A stretch of 64,000 bases of DNA from a virus. The stretch lies in the IMG/VR virus record IMGVR_UViG_3300033388_005371, positions 7,025-71,024 of that record. One strand, 5' to 3'. The notes below the pieces were generated by a model. It was given only the letters and a program-made list of their open reading frames with translations. It searched no databases and was not told the DNA's origin. Below, one piece after another: positions 57,824 to 64,000 of this stretch. The position numbers and the translations under genes were made by a program. The first letter of the stretch is position 1, and every line of letters begins with the position of its first letter.

Positions 57824-58132
57824 TTTATAAAAAAACCAATAAAGCAAACTAACACTAATTTAGGTAGAACTATATTTTTTCCCACCCAAATTGTGTGGTG
57901 TAACAGTATTTATCAAAAAAACACAAACCCCAACCATCCACTTTTATACCATCTTGTAGAGCAAATAACCCACACTCAATAAAACCTAAAATCTTAAACG
58001 TTTTTATCCCTTTTTTCATCTTAAAAGTGCCTAACATATAAAATATAGTTAGGACTTGTTTAATTATTTAAGTGTATTACAAGCCACACTTAATAGCTTA
58101 TTAATCAACAACCTTAGTTTCTATACCACAAA

Positions 58133-58690
58133 TCATATATTTAAATTTAATGTCGCAATAGCATCAATCTTGAAATGCGAAATAAACTTATTGAAGTAAA
58201 ATTTTTTACCACCAACAGTTTTGTAATTCGACTTGTAAGTAATCTCACCCAACCTAACATTACATGAACCAACACTAACATCCTTTGACAACAACACACC
58301 CCTGTGTGGTGGGGATGAATGCCATGAGTAAACAATATATAATAACGCATAATCAATAATCGATGGGTCATCGGTACCACCCAACGGTGCTGAATAAGAA
58401 TCCCCATAATAATCCCCTAAGAATTTATTAAATGAATCTAAGTCTGATTGAGTAGAAGCTAATGTAAATTGCCTAGTAACACACTCGTAAGTATTTGTGC
58501 CAGAATGCATCAAACTATCATTGAGAAACATGTTAATCGTATTAACCTTTGAAATAATATGTAACTCAGAATCGTACACTAATGGCACAACACCATTCGC
58601 AACCCTATATTCGTTAACGTAATCAAATAATAATGAATCTTGTCCGAATGTACTCACCGTAATCAATAAAAATAATACTAATAATTTCAT
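58133..58690 (-). CDS. Secreted CAP (SCP) domain protein (start trimmed to MKLLVL)
   Basis: Signal peptide; VNEYRVANGVVPL, HS, E, WHSSPPHRGVLL. Confidence 0.8.
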   Translation of the reverse strand: MKLLVLFLLITVSTFGQDSLLFDYVNEYRVANGVVPLVYDSELHIISKVNTINMFLNDSLMHSGTNTYECVTRQFTLASTQSDLDSFNKFLGDYYGDSYSAPLGGTDDPSIIDYALLYIVYSWHSSPPHRGVLLSKDVSVGSCNVRLGEITYKSNYKTVGGKKFYFNKFISHFKIDAIATLNLNI

Positions 58691-58709
58691 ATCTGTTAGT
58701 TTTGTTTCA

Positions 58710-58741
58710 CAAATATAATAACAATAACTAATATAACCAAA
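58710..58741 (-). promoter_or_regulatory. Bacteroidota-type promoter
   Basis: TTTG-N20-TATATTTG. Confidence 0.75.
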
Positions 58742-58978
58742 TAATTTCCCCATTATTTTCTAAATAATTACTACGTGTTTAATACATAATTCACCCACAC
58801 ACTTAATCCCCATTCATATATTTTTTTAATTTATTTTTTAGGGAAGAAGGGGGCTGGGGGATGAAGGGTCCGTTTAGGGCGGCATTACATAAAAAACCGC
58901 GATTCCAGCCAATTAGAGCGGTTTTTTAAATCCTCGATTCCTTAACCCTATCCACATTTTAAATAAGTATATACTTAC

Positions 58979-59425
58979 TTATATTTTTTTAAACCAAAAT
59001 TTCTTCTTAGGTAATATCACCATAAACATCTCCTTAGTCCCAATAGGTGAATCCCCAACCAATGTAGGTAAAATAGGTGCGTCAACCCCAGTCTTGTCCC
59101 CTAAAGCCTCATATTCTAATATAGCACTATCATATATAAGCTTCTTATCATTGTAAAGGTCAACCCTATCTCTCCACTCCTTATACTGTGTTTTGAAATT
59201 ACCCTGATGAACCAATTGATACTTTTCCGTATTATCTACCGTAAAATTAAATAATAAAGTGAAAGGGTTGGCAAACTTACACGTAGGATTAGACACAATC
59301 GTCTTACTACCCCTAATTATATGCTTCTCAGAACGAATTTGATAATACTTACTTATCCTACCTAGTAATTTACCATACCATATCGATAATCTACTCCCAC
59401 CTATTTCTCTTTTATTTTCTTCCAT
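58979..59425 (-). CDS. Hypothetical protein
   Basis: 148 aa; downstream hairpin aaaaaaccgc...gcggtttttt at 58891-58927. Confidence 0.55.
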   Translation of the reverse strand: MEENKREIGGSRLSIWYGKLLGRISKYYQIRSEKHIIRGSKTIVSNPTCKFANPFTLLFNFTVDNTEKYQLVHQGNFKTQYKEWRDRVDLYNDKKLIYDSAILEYEALGDKTGVDAPILPTLVGDSPIGTKEMFMVILPKKKFWFKKI

Positions 59426-59456
59426 GTTTTAACCTATTATTAATTTATATTTTTTT

Positions 59457-60410
59457 TTAACCTATTATAACAGTACCACTAAAATCCCACCCTGTCATTA
59501 AACAATGACTATCGTACGCATAATAAGTATGACCATCTGGTGACATGAACTCAACAGTATAGTCAACAATTTGACCATCATTGTGGTGCTCACCCTTATA
59601 GGATATGTTAATCTCCCAGTCAGTTAGTGAACTTATATCTAAACCAAATTCCTCTTGAAATATTTCTATATATATTTCATCAAATACCAATTCACCACTA
59701 TCATATGCGAATAACAAACTATTTAATTCACTACCTCTGAATACTATAGGAAATGGTGGCTTAGCAATAACTTCTTTTTTGCTGGTGGACCTAGTTCTTT
59801 TAATTTCAATATGTTTTAATATTTCATGCATCTCTAATTCGAATACGGTTTTATTCAAATAGTTTTTAACCCTCTTTTTAATCTTAGTAGATTTAAATAA
59901 TTTTAACTGCTTCTCTAACCATATATCAATTTCTTTAATACCATTAATGTAGTATTCCTTTTCATAATGAGTATCACCCCCATTACCAGTAGTAAATGTT
60001 AAATCATGATAATATTCACTTAGATTATCAAAATAATATGAAACAGAATGTCTATAATCGTTATCACTTAATAAATCCTTATTAAGATACACAGTTTTTG
60101 AATAACCCTTTTTTGGTGTGAAGTTTTCTGGGGCTTCATTCCACTCTTTAATTACCTTATTCGCAATACGCTTAATTTTTTTAACATCTTTAATTAATTT
60201 CTCAGATAACTTGGTAAGAACTTCTTCAACAACTTCATCAACGTTTGGATAGTCAATTATTTTAAATGTTGCACCATGTATATCTAACTCAATTAATTTA
60301 ACCCCCATCTCTGGTTGGGTCATGCTTGATTTAATTCCTTTTGTTTCCTTTAGAATATTGAATGTTGGTTTCAATATAAAGGGTTTATTAATGTTTCTTA
60401 TAAAATCCAT
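59457..60410 (-). CDS. Hypothetical protein
   Basis: 317 aa; host-type promoter at 60415-60446. Confidence 0.6.
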   Translation of the reverse strand: MDFIRNINKPFILKPTFNILKETKGIKSSMTQPEMGVKLIELDIHGATFKIIDYPNVDEVVEEVLTKLSEKLIKDVKKIKRIANKVIKEWNEAPENFTPKKGYSKTVYLNKDLLSDNDYRHSVSYYFDNLSEYYHDLTFTTGNGGDTHYEKEYYINGIKEIDIWLEKQLKLFKSTKIKKRVKNYLNKTVFELEMHEILKHIEIKRTRSTSKKEVIAKPPFPIVFRGSELNSLLFAYDSGELVFDEIYIEIFQEEFGLDISSLTDWEINISYKGEHHNDGQIVDYTVEFMSPDGHTYYAYDSHCLMTGWDFSGTVIIG

Positions 60411-60445
60411 ATTGCAAATATAATGATTATTATATGAAAGACCAA

Positions 60446-60584
60446 ATATTTTTTACCAAAAATTTCTAGAAAATTTTTTTTTAAAAAGAGGTAACTTATA
60501 TTTTTTACCAAAAATTTCTGAAAAATTTTTTTTTAAAAAAGGGGTAACTTATATTTTTTTGCCAAAAATTTCTGAAAAATTTTT
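60446..60584. repeat. About 52-bp A/T-tract tandem repeat, about 2.6 copies
   Basis: atatttttt(a/g)ccaaaaatttct(a)gaaaattttt...ggtaactt units near 60446, 60498 and 60551. Confidence 0.85.
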
Positions 60585-60620
60585 CTGTGACATCATGTGC
60601 CCTATTTTAGGGTCGCCACG

Positions 60621-60682
60621 GAGGGGGGTATAAGAGGGTTTACGGGGGGAGGGGTACGGGGGGAGGGTCTACCCACCCTCCC
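60621..60682 (+). other. G-tract cluster (G-quadruplex-capable) with an overlapping hairpin
   Basis: Six runs of 3-6 G; tacggggggaggg x2; GGGAGGGT-N6-ACCCTCCC. Confidence 0.7.
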
Positions 60683-60732
60683 TACGTCATTATCCCTTAT
60701 ATATCACCTAATTAATTATTAATATATACAAA

Positions 60733-60761
60733 TAAATCCACACATATTTTGTGTGGATTTA
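60733..60761. terminator. Hairpin terminator closing the early region
   Basis: taaatccacaca-tattt-tgtgtggattta. Confidence 0.7.
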
Positions 60762-60783
60762 TTAACATTGTATTATTATTAAC

Positions 60784-61374
60784 TTATATTGTTACACCTT
60801 GTAATTTTAATTCGTTAATTGAGTTAAAAGTAAATCGTCTAATTTTATCGTTTCTAAGGTTAGCAAGTTTTTTTATTTCTTTTTTTGCTAATGTTTTTGG
60901 TCTACTATTTACATTCGGGTAAGTACCTTTAACTAAAATTGTTTTTCTCTCACACACACCACTAACAAAAACCTTTCCACTCTCCTTGTTTTGTTTAATT
61001 CCTTTAGCAAGAGTAATAAAAGCGTCAGTTTGTCCATCAGAACGTCTTATTGTACTATCTCCGTCCTTTCTAAGTTGTTCTTTTTCTGTTTCTGTTGCAG
61101 TAAGTTTAGCAAGGCTAGTAAGTAATTCAGAATAAGCTTTCGTTGCTACCTCTTCACCGTATTTTTTAATAACAGTTTTAATGTTTAATTGTTTAAGTGT
61201 TTCAAGGTCTTTATTTAACATATTAGTGTAGTTATACCCTACTAATAATGTTTGGTTACTTATTTCCCCTTTAGAGTTCTCGTAACCTCTCACACCAACG
61301 AATGTTGTACCGTTAATAGTTTTAGCCGTTACTAATGCTTTAATCCCTCTAAGTGTTTCTTTTAATGTGTTCAT
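60784..61374 (-). CDS. Hypothetical early protein
   Basis: 196 aa; strong promoter at 61402-61433. Confidence 0.65.
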   Translation of the reverse strand: MNTLKETLRGIKALVTAKTINGTTFVGVRGYENSKGEISNQTLLVGYNYTNMLNKDLETLKQLNIKTVIKKYGEEVATKAYSELLTSLAKLTATETEKEQLRKDGDSTIRRSDGQTDAFITLAKGIKQNKESGKVFVSGVCERKTILVKGTYPNVNSRPKTLAKKEIKKLANLRNDKIRRFTFNSINELKLQGVTI

Positions 61375-61401
61375 AATTTCTATTGTTTTAATTTGACATT
61401 A

Positions 61402-61433
61402 CAAATATAATAAACTTTTATATATTTACCAAA
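61402..61433 (-). promoter_or_regulatory. Early Bacteroidota-type promoter in a repeated block
   Basis: TTTG-N20-TATATTTG followed by TAATGTCAAATTAAAACA. Confidence 0.8.
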
Positions 61434-61449
61434 CTTTTTTGTAATTAAA

Positions 61450-61569
61450 TTACATAAATTTATATAATTCTTTTTCAAATTCTTTTTCAGCTTGTTTTTT
61501 AATTAGTTTGTATTTAATACGACTACCAATTAGTAAAACAATAATAAATAATAATAATAGGGTCACCAT
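61450..61569 (-). CDS. Small membrane protein (not in the ORF track)
   Basis: MVTLLLFIIVLLIGSRIKYKL... Confidence 0.45.
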   Translation of the reverse strand: MVTLLLLFIIVLLIGSRIKYKLIKKQAEKEFEKELYKFM

Positions 61570-61571
61570 AA

Positions 61572-61748
61572 TTAACGTTTATTTGTTTTGTTTGGAATCA
61601 TTGGGGCTAACATACCCATCCAAAATAATGAACTGAATACGAACCCACAATACCAATCCATTGGGGTTGTTGGCATCACACCAAAAGCTGTTGTGAATAC
61701 TGCTAATAAAATAACGCTTAGAAAATAAATAAATAACATTGACTTCAT
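61572..61748 (-). CDS. Small two-TM membrane protein (58 aa, not in the ORF track)
   Basis: MKSMLFIYFLSVILLAVFTTAFG...FVFSSLFWMGMLAP; promoter block at about 61758-61807. Confidence 0.55.
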   Translation of the reverse strand: MKSMLFIYFLSVILLAVFTTAFGVMPTTPMDWYCGFVFSSLFWMGMLAPMIPNKTNKR

Positions 61749-61815
61749 AATATATATTGTTTTAATTTGACATTACAAATATAATAAACTTTTATTAATA
61801 TTCCTAATTTATATA

Positions 61816-62127
61816 CTATATTTTTTCAATATTATTTGTTTTAGTGTTTAATTTATAATTGTTATCACTTTCATTGTAAGGTTTATTTTTACTCCACATT
61901 GGGTAGAAACACCCACTATAATATCTAACACTATACACTTTATTACCAACATGAATATTACAATCTCTATATTTAGAAATATTCATTTGGTCGGCTAATT
62001 CCGTTGTATAAACATGCCCATTTAATTTCTTAAATTCACCATCACCCCAATTTTCAATACCTCTAGCAGTTATTAAGCCATTAGTGTATAATTTTTTCCA
62101 ATCTATTCTAGTTAATTCAGTATCCAT
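61816..62127 (-). CDS. Hypothetical early protein
   Basis: 103 aa; YYSGCFYP; promoter at 62155-62186. Confidence 0.6.
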   Translation of the reverse strand: MDTELTRIDWKKLYTNGLITARGIENWGDGEFKKLNGHVYTTELADQMNISKYRDCNIHVGNKVYSVRYYSGCFYPMWSKNKPYNESDNNYKLNTKTNNIEKI

Positions 62128-62154
62128 AATTTTATGTGTTTTAATTTGACATTA

Positions 62155-62186
62155 CAAATATAAGAAACTTTTATATATTTACCAAA
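62155..62186 (-). promoter_or_regulatory. Early Bacteroidota-type promoter in a repeated block
   Basis: TTTG-N20-TATATTTG plus the same downstream block. Confidence 0.8.
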
Positions 62187-62228
62187 GTTTTTTGTATGTT
62201 TTTTTATTTTATTTTAAATCACTTTTTA

Positions 62229-62260
62229 TTTGGTGGATACAAACATTATGCTTATATTTG
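62229..62260 (+). promoter_or_regulatory. Divergent Bacteroidota-type promoter with no sizeable ORF downstream
   Basis: TTTG-N20-TATATTTG on the + strand. Confidence 0.6.
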
Positions 62261-62476
62261 TATTGTTGATATAAAAGTGAATTGGGCTGAGTTAAATCTT
62301 AGAAGAGTAGACTCCAACCTACCTTATATTTTTTTTGTGTAATAAAAGTCGTATAAAAATTAGGTTTATTGGATTATTTTTTGTACCTTTACATATTATA
62401 CACTATACTAATATTAGTATAATTAAATCACCCAACATAAAACAATCTCATAATTTTATGTTGGGTAATTAGTTAT

Positions 62477-62821
62477 TTAGTCTTCAACAAATTTAATTGT
62501 ATCGTAATCAATAGAGTTTTCTAACACATCAAAATCGTATAGGTTTGTGTTTAGTAGTTGGAAATAACATTTAACACTTTCGACAATTATATAGTAATAG
62601 TTTTTAGTAATATTATTGGTGCTTACTGTCACTATTTTATTAATATTATTTTTATTACTTTTGTTAGCCATACCAAACACACCACCAAGTGTGTTAATCA
62701 CTTGTCCTTTACAATTTGGGAAAACAATAAGGTCGTGTTTAGTATTTCCATATGGTTCGGTACATTTAATATCTTTAAAGAATTGCACTTGTTTTACTGT
62801 TTTGAATGTTTTGTTTGACAT
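62477..62821 (-). CDS. Hypothetical early protein
   Basis: 114 aa; promoter at 62849-62880; hairpin at about 62430-62466. Confidence 0.55.
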   Translation of the reverse strand: MSNKTFKTVKQVQFFKDIKCTEPYGNTKHDLIVFPNCKGQVINTLGGVFGMANKSNKNNINKIVTVSTNNITKNYYYIIVESVKCYFQLLNTNLYDFDVLENSIDYDTIKFVED

Positions 62822-62941
62822 AATTTTAATTATTTTAATTTAACATTACAAATATAAGTATAATATATTGAACTACCAAATATAATACTGTTTTATTTAC
62901 ATTTGTGTGCACAAATGTGTACCTAAGCTAATACTATTTTC

Positions 62942-63163
62942 TTAGTTTTTGCCATAGTGGTGTAATTTTAAATTAACATTCTCTAAAGATGTTTTGATGT
63001 CTTCTAACTGCGAAGTGTAAGACCATTCTGTATCTTCTCTACTAATAGCCTCTATGCCTAATTCTACTTTTTGTAGAATACTTTGTAGTTCTTTTAAAGC
63101 CTCTACTTTTACTTTACTATTATTTGTTGCATCTGTAATGCAGTCTAATAAATTATTAGTCAT
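62942..63163 (-). CDS. Hypothetical early protein
   Basis: 73 aa; promoter at 63192-63221. Confidence 0.55.
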   Translation of the reverse strand: MTNNLLDCITDATNNSKVKVEALKELQSILQKVELGIEAISREDTEWSYTSQLEDIKTSLENVNLKLHHYGKN

Positions 63164-63250
63164 AATTTCTTTGTTTTAATTATCTATACGTCAAATATAG
63201 TAAATAGTTTGTAAATACAAAAGAAGTATTCAAAAAAAATACCGTGATGT

Positions 63251-63304
63251 AGATAACACGGTATAAAACGCCATTAAAACAGGCGTTTATACTCAACGTT
63301 ATAG
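63251..63304 (-). mobile_element. attC-like site (54 bp)
   Basis: CTATAAC-GTTGA-GTATAAA-CGCC-N9-GGCG-T-TTTATAC-CGT-GTTATCT. Confidence 0.65.
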
Positions 63305-63505
63305 GTAATAGAGTGAGCGTTCTTTTACCTTATTGAGACCTCTATGGTTTTTTAAGTAAATGTCATTATCTATTATCACCAAAGCCCCTATTATATCTAT
63401 TCCCCCATGTTCTGTTTCTCCACTATAACGACTACCTATAACAAAGTGTAAAACACCATTGTCATAAGTATTAATTGCTATTCTATCAGTTCCTATCAGT
63501 TCCAT
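63299..63505 (-). CDS. Cassette-like small protein
   Basis: 68 aa; stop codon lies in the TAAC box. Confidence 0.55.
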   Translation of the reverse strand: MELIGTDRIAINTYDNGVLHFVIGSRYSGETEHGGIDIIGALVIIDNDIYLKNHRGLNKVKERSLYYL

Positions 63506-63571
63506 TAATTCAATTTTTCAAAGTCAGTGGGTAAAATCCCACCGATTTCATATTATCAACGTTATATGCAA

Positions 63572-63808
63572 TTACAATTCGTCAAATTCATAATCTACTG
63601 CATCAGTTGCATCTAAACTAAATTTATACAAAGGTTTCTGTAAATCGTTAATATCAAATATCAACTTTCTATCAATTGAAATTATATATTCACCTTGTTG
63701 TAAGTTGTCCAGTATTCCTTGCTCAATATCTTGCTCTACCTCTGTTTCAGTATGGTAGTTGTATATTGTCATATCAAATAATCCGTTAATGCTAAATTCT
63801 ATTGCCAT
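63572..63808 (-). CDS. Cassette-like small acidic protein
   Basis: 78 aa; lies between two GCATATAAC/GTTATATGC boxes. Confidence 0.6.
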   Translation of the reverse strand: MAIEFSINGLFDMTIYNYHTETEVEQDIEQGILDNLQQGEYIISIDRKLIFDINDLQKPLYKFSLDATDAVDYEFDEL

Positions 63809-63840
63809 AATATTTCTCTTTTTTTATTGTTAATTAAAAA

Positions 63841-63905
63841 GCATATAACACTAGCTATATGCCATACTCGTTCCTCGTTCAGCACATAGCCAAACCGTTA
63901 TATGC
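63841..63905 (-). mobile_element. attC-like site (65 bp)
   Basis: GCATATAAC-GGTTT-GGCTATGTGC-N19-GCATATAGC-TAGT-GTTATATGC. Confidence 0.65.
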
Positions 63906-63999
63906 AATATACACAAGGTAACACCTCAACCGAATCAGAAGCATCTTCCAATATACTTTGGTCTATTTCATCTGAAAATGTTGGTGAGCCAAAGTTATC
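63898..63999 (-). CDS. 3' end of a cassette-like gene truncated by the window edge
   Basis: DNFGSPTFSDEIDQSILEDASDSVEVLPCVYCI*; stop codon lies in the TAAC box. Confidence 0.55.
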   Translation of the reverse strand, partial: DNFGSPTFSDEIDQSILEDASDSVEVLPCVYCI

Positions 64000-64000
64000 A

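Noticed and set aside
60446-60584. Possible CRISPR array
   Set aside because: The repeats are contiguous with no unique spacers, and no cas genes are in the window
61393-62151. Plus-strand TTGACA hexamers in the repeated early block
   Set aside because: They are the reverse complement of the minus-strand leader (TGTCAA) and no plus-strand gene follows
1-64000. Stop-codon reassignment, as in some Bacteroidota phages
   Set aside because: Conserved genes are full length in the standard code, and TAA, TAG and TGA all act as stops
1-64000. tRNA or rRNA genes
   Set aside because: No cloverleaf or T-loop (GTTCRA) context was recognised in intergenic regions by eye; tRNAscan-SE would be needed to exclude them

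Overview
This AT-rich 64-kb window comes from a large T4-like (jumbo) tailed phage. The host is probably Bacteroidota, inferred from many TTTG-N18-20-TAnnTTTG promoters and a lipoprotein with a lipobox. 1-21 kb (+) holds a WYL protein, five glycosyltransferase genes, two hexapeptide acyltransferases, dUTPase, GMP reductase/IMPDH, Pth2, PhoH, a sigma-like factor, baseplate-like genes and RmlB. 21.5-37 kb (-) is the head and packaging module: capsid, scaffold, prohead protease, portal, large terminase and putative internal head proteins. 37-56 kb has ThyA, KTSC, ClpC, GNATs, a lytic transglycosylase, an ABC-ATPase/Mom-like GNAT, YkuK, LRR proteins, thioredoxin, nucleases, SET and an NTase. 56-64 kb is a region of small early genes. 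Most notable: (1) two clusters of attC-like hairpin sites that delimit small genes like integron cassettes, with stop codons inside the TAAC box and two genes lying inside the hairpin loop, and no integrase in the window; (2) candidate -1 frameshifts that would join a ~1006-aa head polyprotein and a ~363-aa ABC-ATPase/Mom-like enzyme; (3) three promoter classes, including a late motif that is the reverse complement of the T4 late promoter; (4) a repeat plus G-tract element at 60.4-60.7 kb. All calls come from reading motifs by eye; no searches were run.
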